Assembly: GCF_001194135.2 (NCBI RefSeq) | Contig: NC_068982.1 | Coordinates: 144,593,632-144,657,631, forward strand | Source: Octopus bimaculoides | Lineage: Eukaryota | DNA: 64,000 bases | Direction: 5' to 3' | Shown here: positions 49,065 through 61,500 of the stretch, piece after piece | How the letters are laid out: the number at the start of each line of letters is the position of its first letter | Position numbering within the stretch: position 1 is the first letter of the stretch | Notes under the pieces: generated by a model | Told to the model about the DNA's origin: nothing | Seen by the model: only the letters and a program-made list of their open reading frames with translations | The model's database searches: none | Translations under genes and position numbers: made by a program

Positions 49065-52000
49065 TTATGGTATATTCTGTTAGGAATATGGCACAGTACA
49101 GTATAAAGCTCGGCCACCCTTAGAATTACCCAATACTATCCGGTAGCATTACTGTGTATTTCCATTATATATATGTATATTATATAGTTGAAATTTACAG
49201 AAAAACAAAAGACGAACTCAGATGTATAAACGAGCAAGTGGCCGAAGCTTCAAGGTCACAGTCAACAACATTTTGGTTTAAGAATAATAAACACATACAT
49301 ATATACATCATCATCATCGTCGTTTAATATCCGCTTTCCATGCTGGCATAGGTTGGATGGTTTGACTGAGGACTGGCAAGCCAGAAGGCTGCACCAGGCT
49401 CCAATCTGATCTGGCAAAGTTTCTACAGCTGGATGCCCTTCCTAATGCCAACCACTCTGAGAATGCACCCATGATGATGTATATATGTATGTATTTATAA
49501 TTCTTAACCAAAATGTTGTTGACAGTGACCTTGAAGCTTCTGCCAACTAAGCCATCATTGAACTGTGGCTTAGCTGACCTAAACTTCGAAGTCACTGTCA
49601 ACAACATTTTTGTTTAAGAATGATAAATTTGTACTCTACAAAAGTATAAAGTAACCCATTAGATTAATGTAAAATTGTTTTTATTATAACTGAACATAAG
49701 GCAGCAAACTGGCAGAATTGTCAGCATGCCAATCAAAATGCTTAGAGGCATTTTGTCTGTCTTTACATTCTGAACTCAAATGCTGCTGAGGTTGACTTTG
49801 CCATTCATTCTTTTGGGGGTCGATAAAATAAGTACCAGTTGCATCCTGGGGTTGATGTAATCAACTTAGTCCCTTCTTTGAAACTGCTGGCCTTGTGCCA
49901 AAATTTGAAACCATTATAATTGAACATAAAAACAAACATTAATATATAAATTGCTGGCCTTGTGCCAAAATTAGAAAGGATTATCACCATCATCATCATT
50001 ATTATTATTATTATTAAGAGGGTGGCGAGCTAGCAGAATCATTAAGATGCTGGATGAAATGCTTAGCAGTATTTCACCCATTGCTGCATTCTGAGTGCAA
50101 ATTCTGCCGAGGTCAACTTTGCTTTTCATCCTTTTGGGGTTGATAAATTAAGTACCAGTTGCATACTGGGGTTGTTCTAATCGACTGGCCTCCCACCTCC
50201 CACCAAAATTTCAGGCCTTGTGCCTGTAATAGAAAGGATTATTATTGTAACTGTTATTAAAGCTATTAACTTTCTAAGGACTAGTTATGCTTGAACCCTT
50301 TATGATAGTGCAGGTACTCTATGTTCAACAGTGTTACTAGCAATACATTGACAGCATTATATTTGATAGCATCAACCCCAGTGCTCAACTGGTATTCATT
50401 TTATTGACTCTGAAAGGATGGAAAGCAAAGTTGACCATAATGGAATTTGAATTCAGAATGTAAAGCAGGAAGAAATACTACTGAACATTCTGTCTAGCTT
50501 GTTACCAATACTGACAGCTTGTCATCTTTGTACTCTATATTCTAAATGAATCCCTTCATAAACTAGAAGTAATACATAGATGTATTAATACTCTTTGATT
50601 CCTGTATATATTATGGTAGACACCATATTGGCAGAATAAGTTGGAGTGCCAAATTAAATACTTTACAATATCTAGTTTTGCCTGTTTATATTTTGAGTTT
50701 AAATTCAACCAGTCATCTTTGCATGTGGCTGTGTGGTAAGTAGCTTGCTTACCAACCACATGGTTCCGAGTTCAGTCCCACTGCATGGCACCTTGGGCAA
50801 GTGTCTTCTACTATAACCTCGGGCTGACCAAAGCCTTGTGAGTGGATTTGGTAGACAGAAACTGAAAGAAGCCCGTCGTATATATGTATATATATATATA
50901 TGTGTGTGTGTCTGTCCCCCCACCATCGCTTGACAACCGATGCTGGTGTGTTTACGTCCCCGTAACTTAGCAGTTCGGCAAAAAGAGACCGATAGAATAA
51001 GTACTAGGCTTACAAAGAATAAGTCCTGGGGTCGATTTTCTCGACTACAGGCGGTACTCCAGCATGGCCGCAGTCAAATGACTGAAACAAGTAAAAGAGG
51101 TATAAACAAACTGATTATCACTCGTATTTTAGCAAGGATAATTATATTGACTACACCTGCCTCTTCATAAATATTTGTGGTCTTGTACAAATATCAAAAA
51201 TCTTTATGGTGAACATGATGACTTCAGTGTGCTTTGGGCATACTCAGCTTGCTGGAATCAATCTTTTATAAAGTTAAGACTTAAGTGAGAAGTTTATGCA
51301 TTCATAGTGGCTAAGATGCTAGTCCATCACAAGAAACCTTTCCCTAGTAAAATATAGTGTCTGTTCCCTACTGTTAGGTGATCTGAACCAATGAGTAAAA
51401 CACTATCTTACTCAAAAATATAGATTATTCAACTTTACGATGAAAGTAAACAAACAAAGTTTGTTCTTTTTTAGAAGCGTTGAGATGTATTCTAAGATAC
51501 AGAAATAAATTTATTTCTCAAACGCGTGATAATGCTATAAATAGCGAGATCAGGATAAATTATCCATTTATTGCAGAAAAATACGTTACTGGCCAGCCAT
51601 GAGACTCGAACTTGCATCTCTGTGATGACGCGTCAAGTGTTTTTCTAAAATTGCAGAAGAATTCGTTGCTGGGCAGTTTAGTTTAATGGTAAAACACTTG
51701 ACGCATAATCACAGAGATGTGAGTTCAAGTCTCATGGCTGGCCAGTAACGTATTTTTCTGCAATAAATGGATAATTTATCCTGATCATGCTATTTATAGC
51801 ATTATCACGCATTTGAGAAATAAATTTATTTCTGTATCTTATATAAATTATTGTTATTGTAACACACATAAAATTTGAATTCATGGTACAAGTGTCAGCA
51901 CCCTAAACATTCTCCCAAGGTCAAAGCTAATATATGTAAAAGATATGTAAAGGATAAAGGGTGCATTCCTCAAGAAGAGTTTGTAATTCTTATGGTACAA

Positions 52001-52468
52001 TTAAAACTGATACACACTTACTCCTTCATAGATTCTTGACTGCTGTCATTACTAATTTACTCACAGTTTTCATCAAAAATGTTAAGTGGTGAAATGTGAT
52101 TTAGTTTATATAAGATATTTAATAACTTGGATAATGACATAAAAACACACACAGGTCAGTGGATTGATATCAAATGTTGTGTGACTTTCTGCCCAACTTA
52201 CACCATCGTTAAAAAAATAGTAAAAAGAACAAATGGAAATATAATCTGCCAATGACGACGATGATGACGGTGATGACAACGATAGGACTCTTGATGATGG
52301 TGGTAATGATTTTTGTATTGCAAAGTGTTACAAAATTGTTGGTTTCAAATTTCATAATCTACTAATCACTTGCCTACACACTCACACACACACACACACA
52401 CATGGTACCTTGTTTCCTTAAAAACAAACTGTGGGTATTGCACAGTTTGGTGGAAGGATGGAAATTAG

Positions 52469-52504
<36 letters not shown>

Positions 52505-55500
52505 TGATGATGATGATGATGACAGCTATAATAACAACAATGGCAGTGATAATAATGATGATGATGGGGATAACAAACATGACCATCAATTATTTCAGTA
52601 TCTATTTCCTCTGTATTTGTTTAAAAAGTTAAATGCTTTCTCTTTAATAGCTTCTTGCCATTTTATCCGACTGCTACTTCACAACAGACGTGACATGCCG
52701 TTACCATTTCCCAGCAGTTGGTATTCCCCTTGTTTATTTGATACTATACAAACACATGAAGAATAAACAAATTTAACAAAGAAAAGAAAAATACAACATA
52801 AATACAAAATAAAAAAAAAGGAAAAGCATAGTTGTATGGTTAAGAAATTCACTTCGCAACTACATGGTTCTCAGTTCAATTCCATGGTGTGATACCTTGG
52901 GCAAATGTATTCTTCTTTAGATGTGGACTGAACAACAACTTGTGAGAAGAGTTTGGTAGAGGGAAACAGTTCAGAAATCCATCATGTATATACATGAGTG
53001 CATGTGTATGTGTCTCCATGTATGTTTCAAAAATTAATTCTGCCTGCCTGCCCATCCAGTTCAGTCCATGTAGCACCTTGTGCAAATATCCTCAACTACA
53101 ACACTAGGCCATCCAAAGCCTTCTAAATGGATTTGGTTGATGGAAACTGAAAGAAGCCTGTCATGAGTGTTGTTGATTTCCAATATTCTGCATAAAAGTG
53201 GTTGCCCATGGAAAATGGGACATTAAAATGGTGATGATGACGATCATCAACATCATCATTGTTTAACGTCCGCTTTCCATGCTAGCATAGGTTGGACGAT
53301 TTGACTGAGGACTGGCAAGCCAGAAGGCTGCACCAGGCTCCAATCTGATCTGGCAGAGTTTCTACAGCTGGATGCCCTTCCTAATGCCAACCACTCTGAG
53401 AGTGTAGTGGGTGCTTTTACGTGCCACTGGCACGAGGGCCAGTCACATGGTACTGGCAACGGCCACGCTCAAAAAGCATGGCCAAACATATATTTACATG
53501 TACACACATGTATATGTATAAATATGTGTGTGTGTGTTTGTATGCTTATATGCTTGTGTTGCTGTCTATGTGATTACATCAGTCTAAAACCTAGTGTTGT
53601 TTATGTTGTGTCACTTTATAACCAATGACATAGCTGTTTGACCAAGAGAAATCAATGAAATAAATACCAGATTTAAATAAGCATTGGGGGTTAATTTGAT
53701 TGACTACACCATTGAAAACAGTATCACAGCATGGCCACAACCCAATGGCTGAAACCAATAGATGAATAAAAGGAAGTAGTTCACAATATTATAAGTGCCG
53801 GTACTGCTGAGTGGTTAATAAGCTCACTTTGCAAATGTGAGGTTTCAGGTTCAGTCCCACTGTGGAGCATCTTAGGCAAGTGTCTTCTACTATAGCCCCA
53901 GGCCAACCAAAGCCTTGTTAGTGGATTTGGTAGATAGGAACTGAGCAGAAGCCTGTTGCATATTTATATGAGGGGATGCTGAAAAGTTCCTGGCTTTGGA
54001 TAAAAGAAAATACAGGAGGATCAATTAATTATGATTTCATTCAACATATTCCCCTCACAGATTGCAGTGGTCCTTTAGGTTTTCTAAGACCTGTGAAAGA
54101 ACTCAGAAGGTTGGGCTTCCAACCAGGTCTTTCATAATACCCTCAAAGCCAGGAACTTTTCAACACCCCACTCTCGTATATGTGTGTATTTTTGTGTGTC
54201 TCTGTAACTTAGCAGTTCAGCAAAAGAAACCAATAGAATAAGCACAAAACTTTAAAAATAAGCACTGAGATTGATTTGTTTGACTAAGCCAGTGGTTCCC
54301 AACCCTTTTATTTTGAGTTTTCCCATAGACCCCTTTCAATATGCTTATCCTTATGTGTGTATGTATGTATATACATATATATATGTATATATATAAATAA
54401 AATTTTGAATTTAGTTCACAGATCCTCAGTACTACTACCTTTGCAGACCACTAGGAGTCTGCAGACTCTAGGTTGGGAACCACTGGACTAAACCCTTCAA
54501 GGCTGCACCCCAGGATGGCTGCAATCCAATGACAGAAACAAGTAAAAAATAAAAGAAAGGATAATAGTTACCTTCACTTTTAATTTGAATTTTTTGGTGA
54601 CATTTCTAGAAGGCATATTTTGAGGGACACATTTTATGAAAGATAGTGCCAACTTAGTGATTTTACAAGGAATTCTGCCATCAATTGTTATGTCTATGTC
54701 TTTTGATCTAGCAACCAGAGTTATGTTCATACCCTGGAATTAAAAAAAAAGAAACAGCTAAATAAAATAAACAATATCTATTTTATGCACAGCACAGCAC
54801 AACACAAAGCTGAAAAATTGAAGTTAATTTGAATACTACTACAAAAAAAAAAAAAGACCTAATTATGAGTGAAATGGGAATGTAAGCACATCTTTTCTGT
54901 GCATATGATGTACAGAAAAAGAGGGAGTCTCCTGATGGACTGTTTCATTGTTTGTTGACTCTTCCTCAGAGGAGGTATAGAAGGCTTCCCGCCCCAATCA
55001 ATAGCATAAAACATTCAAGTGATATAAAAAGTAGTCATAAATTAGGCTAGCACCACAATGGATAGCCTAAGTTGCATGTATGTGCTTTTGATGTCATATC
55101 ATTAATTAAACAGTATCTCACAGAAACAATAAAATGGTTTCTTTTGACAAAACACTTATGTAGGTGATAGATGACTGAATCAGCCCATGTAATATATTAC
55201 TGGTATTATAACAAACTGGTGGAACAATGAACTGAAATGATTTATGGTATTTGTTATGTTCTGATTTTAAATGCTACACGGGTTACCTTAGTTTTTATTT
55301 TTTTTCAGGTTCAATACAATACGAACCAGTCAAGTAACTAGGGGTAGCTTAATCAATAGTTGTCCCTATTCGTTATTTAGATGTGATCCAGAATGTGGAT
55401 GTGTGTGTAATAGTAGTAGTTGTAGTAGCAATAGTAATGGTGGTGGTAGTGGTGGTGGAAATGGTAGCAGTTGTTGCAAAGGTGGTGGTTGTGGAGGTTG

Positions 55501-58500
55501 TAGTAGTAGTAGTAGTAGTAGTAGTAGTGAGATATGTGAGCAGCTTTTAGATGTAGGAATCAACAATTGATCAGAACTAAAGTAATTCTGGCTCTGAAGT
55601 AACTTCTGTTTTAGCTATGATATAATCGGGATTTCACCATAAAAGATCATCAGCGATTATTTGTTTAGCATTTAAGGTTTTAACTGTGTGTTGGTCATGA
55701 TTATAGAAGATATAGAGTTGTGAGTTCATTTGATAGGGAAGTGAATTTGCTTTGGTGTTGTTGAATGGAAAACAGCTCAAAGATTTAATGACAATCTTTC
55801 TACACACTAATGAACACATATATAGAATGATATTTAATGAACATATATATATTTAAAATCAGAAAGGCTGAACAGAATGACTGTGCTGTGTAGACAATGT
55901 AGACAAGGATTTCATGCATATCAACCTTCAAATAAATGATCTAACATGGGAGGTCTTCATGACCTGCTACAAATAGCAGTCAAATTTCCCTCAAATCACA
56001 AAAATATCTTATATAATGGAAAGGGCACACTAGATAATGTAGGCCTAGATAGTCCCCTAAAAAGTCACAGCTGTATGAATTTGACCACAAAGCTGCTCAA
56101 CTAGAGTTGACCTGAAGCTAAACAACAATTTTCAAAGCAAGATGGATATAATTGATTTGTTGTTGGCACTCCGTCGCTTACGACATCGAGGGTTCAAGTT
56201 GATCCGATCAACGGAACAGCCTGCTCATGAAATTAACGTGCAAGTGGCTGAGCACTCCACAGACATGTGTACCCTTAATGTAGTTCTCGGGGATATTCAG
56301 TGTGACACAGTGTGACAAGGCTGACCCTTTGAATTACAGGCACAACAGAAACAGGAAGTAAGAGTGAGAGAAAGTTGTGGTGAAAGAGTACAGCAGGGTT
56401 CGCCACCATCCCCTGCCGGAGCCTCGTGGAGCTTTAGGTGTTTTCGCTCAATAAACACTCACAACGCCTGGTCTGGGAATCGAAACCGCGATCCTATGAC
56501 CGCGAGCCCGCTGCCCTAACCACTGGGCCATTGTGCCTCCACATATATATAATTGATAGACAAAAGGAAAAGTATAACATTAGAGAAATATTAAACAAAA
56601 TAGCTGAGAATTTTCTTACCTTTATTTCAACTTCTTTTGCACTTGTACTATATTCAAAGACATTATTATCTCCAGAGAATCGTTTAATAATAGGATCAGG
56701 ATAGTAACGGAATCGACTTATCATTGGCTTTGTTGTTGATAAGTTGTAGAGGTCAACAACTCCATCCATGAGTAAATGAGTATCCACAGGTATTATTTGC
56801 TTTGTACTTCTACCAGGTATCTTAGGACTTTTGCAGTATAACCAAGTTCCTTCTTTGTTTGAGTGACATGGCTTAAGATTAAGAAGCAATATAATTAGGT
56901 TTGTGATCACACATTGCAAAAATAGATATCATCTGATTTTGAACTTTAAATATTGAATCACTAAACTGAATATTACACAAAATCTAGATATGACTAGGCT
57001 GATTAGACAATTTCATCAATTATTTCTTTCTTTTGGTTGGTTCATTTATAAAGTGTTGTCAGTTTATTGATTGATTTAAATTCATTAAATCATTTGAGCA
57101 AAACTATAATATTGTGTATTTCATATTCATATGTGGTTATTATTTTCTGCATGCTGAACATAGTTGTTTATTTGGAAATTCCAATTTCTTCAATAAGTAT
57201 CTTTAGTTGGTTCAAATCATTATGGGAATCTGAACATCAGCCTGTCCAAAGCCTCCTAATGATATAAATCAACTAAAGGGCCATAAACAAATAACTACAT
57301 TATCACAAGTAACATTCTGATATTTAACATAACAGAACTAAGGCGACTAAAGGCGGCGAGCTGGCTGAAACGTTAGCACGCCGGGCGAAATGCTTAGCGG
57401 TATTTCGTCTGCCGTTACGTTCTGAGTTCAAATTCCGCCGAGGTCGACTTTGCCTTTCATCCTTTCGGGGTCGATAAATTAAGTACCAGTTACACACTGG
57501 GGTCAATGCAATCGACTTAATCCATTTGTCTGTCCTTGTTTGTCCCCTCTGTGTTTAGCCCCTTGTGGGCAATAAAGAAATAAGAACTAAGGAGACATAG
57601 ATGTAGAAAACTAACTGACTCAATGACTCACAAACATTGGAATTGAACTCATGACATTATTTCTTATCTATGAGGTGACATCATGGTGTTTTATCCTCTT
57701 CTTATCAACGTCTTCCTACATATAAACAAGTTCATTCAACCAATCAACGAGAATCCATAACATAGGGGATGAGACAGAGGTTCACATAAAGTGAATCAAC
57801 TTTCTCCATCAATCTTTCTCGGTCATCAGCCAGCCTCATGTTTTCTCCCATCTTCCTCTTTGTTAATTCTGAACCACTTCCTTCATGATTTCTCTCTTTC
57901 TCTGGGGATTTGTCTGAATATGTTTACTAAAAGTAGGGTGTCATGATGTCATATGGCATTACAACTTCATTTTCCACCTTTCAACAATTGACAGAAGAGT
58001 TTCAGGGAATACTAAACTCCTTAACACTTTCTTTCCTAACACATTAGTTTAATGTTCAGATTATATTTTAGTTAACCTAAATTCTAACATAGATACAGCT
58101 TGTTGCTAATCTTGTTCTTGAGTAGCTTTCATTTAGCCTTGTTTTAATAGATCTACAGTTTGGAGTTGATCAACTAAATTATCATTCAAAACGTATTTTA
58201 ATCTGTGGCCTTACTAGTTTATTTCAGAGCAAGCTGTTTTAAAATTTATGATTAAAAACACTTGCAATTACATCACGGAAGAGCCATGCTAACCACTTAG
58301 TAACAGACAAAACTATCAAATTCATTAAAATTTATCTGATGAGGTGTTAAAATTAATGTTGCACAACTGCAACCTATTGGCTGACATATAATCTCAGAAT
58401 TAGTAAGGATTTTGTAATAATATTTGGTAGATATATTGGTCAAACAAGCCACTAATGGAGCAACTATGTGGTCACTCAACCGGCTAGAAATAGCAGCTAA

Positions 58501-61500
58501 ATCTCTCTCTCAGATCATCTTCTCCCTTAAAAAAAAAAGGATAATATAAGATAAAATGTGTCCGCTAAGAAGGGATGGGAATGATCAGAAGAATCATCAT
58601 CATCATTATAATCATCATTATCCTCATCATTTAATGTCTGTGTTCCATGCTGGTATGGTTGGACAGTTTTTATAGTCTGACAGATCCAAGGACTGCATCA
58701 TGCTTTAGCAGGGTTTCTATGGCTGGATGCTCTTCCTAACACCAATTACTTTATTGTGTGTATTGAATGTTTTTTTTTATGCCACCAGCACTAGTGAGAT
58801 TGCCATGCAACTTGCACGATTATGTACCCTGATGGAGAAATTTTATACTAAGAGATGAGTAGTAAAGAGGCATAAGGTATGAGAGAAAAGGGCCAGAGCA
58901 GAAGGGTTTCTTGTTGTAGAAGAGCTACATGACTATTCACATTAGCCTTTGACAAAATATCTACTCAACCAGTATTGACTTATGGCTGATTAACAACAAG
59001 AACACTATTTTGAACTTATCTTTGCAATTCTTCAGCTGAATTGCAACAATCAACAGGTGGGATGTTGTTGTTGCCACTGCCGTCGTTGTTTAACGTCAGC
59101 CTTCCATGCTGGCATGGGTGGGAAGGTACCACAAGAGCTGGCCAGGCCGAAGCCTGCACCAGATTTCTGTGACTGTTTTGGCAAGAATTTTACAGCTGGA
59201 TGCCCTTCCTAACACCAACCACTCAGCAGAGTGAACTTAGTGCTTTTTATGTGGCACAAGCACAGGCGAGGTCAGTTTTGGCAAGGTTTTTACAGCTGGA
59301 TCCCCTTCCTAAAACCAACCACACAGCAGAGTGGATTGAATAACAAATGGAAAATTTTTAAATCAGTAAAATGCTAGAATTAGAAAGGAGATTAAGGCAT
59401 CAACATTTTCTAACACTTGGGATTAACCCATTACCTCCCATAATTCTATTAAGTGGAATTTTTTTTATGAAACTTTGATTTCTAGCATAAAACAGCCTTA
59501 GAAACACGCTGGAATGATCAAAATAACATTTTAAATAGAAATAAGCGAGATATTAGGTGAAAAATTAGCAAACCTCATTTGAATATCAGAGAAATATACC
59601 TAGTAGATATAGCAAAAAGGTTAGATATGTGTAAATATTGACAGAAAATTACGAAATTTGTAATTTTTAAGTGATCTCATATGAGATCACTGGTAGGTAA
59701 TGGGTTAAAATATTAAAAAAAAAATTGGGAAGTTACAGAATAATTTTTCAGCTATGTGCCTATCTATATGCCTAGATAACCAAATAATTCATTGTTTATT
59801 ATGTAAATTATGTATATATGAAAAGATATAATTTTTTTAGTCAAATGAACCTAAAGGAATTTTGTTGAGCCTAGGAAGAGCCATTATGCCAATATAACTA
59901 ACACATGCACTGGTTCAATTCCACACTTTTATTAGTAGTCAATTGGTTAAATATCCAACTAACTAATTGATTGTTTAATTTGTTTGTTGGATATTTAACC
60001 AATTGACTAATAATAAAAGAGTGAAATTGAACCAGTGTGTGTGTTAATTATACTGACATAATGACTCTTCCTAGACACAACAGAATTTGTTTCAATACAT
60101 GGATTCACATAAAGAATCTTGCAAACCAGATGCAAAAACGAAGTACGAACTAAAGGAAATATACGAAAAGAAACAGAAAACAAACAAAATTCTAATATAT
60201 GTTAGAAGAAGAAATACGATTAAACACTTAAGTTCAGCAGTCATCACTGATACCTTCATCTATCATCAACATATTTTTTTTTATCTATTTACTATTTTGG
60301 CATCAGAGCATATTTTCAAGCATCTCAGTCCAATGTCACTGACCTCTTCTGCTATCAGCATTAGTAATGCTAGTAGTATGAGTATGTAAGTCTTGTCGAT
60401 GAAACTGGTGGTATTTTTTGTTAGACAGTATCTTACATATTTCAGTTAGCTACTTATTTCTTACCTCTGTAGACAACGGCTGCTTTGATTCCACAGTAAT
60501 GCCACTCAGCCTTGGTTCTGTTACAGTATTTAAATTTGTGCCAGAGAATTCTATACTTATGCCACCACTAGAATAAATAAATAAATATATAAACAGATAT
60601 ATAAGATGAATTAAAATAACTAATTACATAAAGAATAAAAAAGCAATATATAAAATAATTTTGATAATGAAAAATTAACGAAATATTCAAAAGCTGTATT
60701 TTCTCTAAAGAATTCATCATTCCTTCTAGAAGCCATGGAAGAAGAAGAAAAAGAAAGAAAAGATTTGACATTTCGATGGTTGTTGTAATACTCATGTCTT
60801 TTTTCCGTTAGTAGTTTCAGCAGTGATTACTAGGTTACAGACTTGGCTTGCCAGTAATTTACCAACATTATTCTATAGTGTCTGCTACCATTAATCAAAT
60901 CTATTAATTAAATATTAAAGTCTTGTCATTAAAGTGCTATGATACTTCTGACTGACATACAAAAATTCTTTTAAAATATTTATTACATTCAGTATCTGCT
61001 GAGAACATTTCATCATAAATATCAAATTTTAAACTTGCCACTCTTTTTTTATTCTTTTATTTGTTTCAGTCATTTGACTGTGGCCATGCTGGAGCACCAC
61101 CTTTAGTCGAACAAATCGACCCGAGGACTTATTCTTTGTAAGCCTAGTACTTATTCTATCGGTCTCTTTTGCCAAACCGCTAAATTACAGGAACATAAAC
61201 ACACCAACATCGGTTGTCAAGCGATGGTGGGGGGAAAAACCTCAGGCACACATATATGACGGGCTTCTTTCAGTTTCCATCTACCAAATCTACTCACAAG
61301 GCTTTGGTCGGCCTGAGGCTATAGTAGAAGACACTTGTCCAATGTGCCGTGCAGTTGGTAAGCAAGGTACTTACCACACAGCCACTCCTGCACCTATATA
61401 GAAACAAGATACACTAATTTTTAAGAAGTGGATTCCATAGTTGAATGTAGACAGATAAAGAAATTGAAAACAGCATTCAACAGAATAATCATTTCACAAA

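Noticed and set aside
51672-51744. Functional tRNA-Met gene
   Set aside because: Acceptor-stem mismatch, insertion in the anticodon stem, altered loop base and embedding in a fold-back repeat; kept only as tRNA-like.
42539-55566. Low-complexity ORFs (42539-42958, 46496-47077, 52374-52632, 55366-55566)
   Set aside because: Products of microsatellites (AAT, ATG, TAG, TG) and decayed repeats inside MET-like introns.
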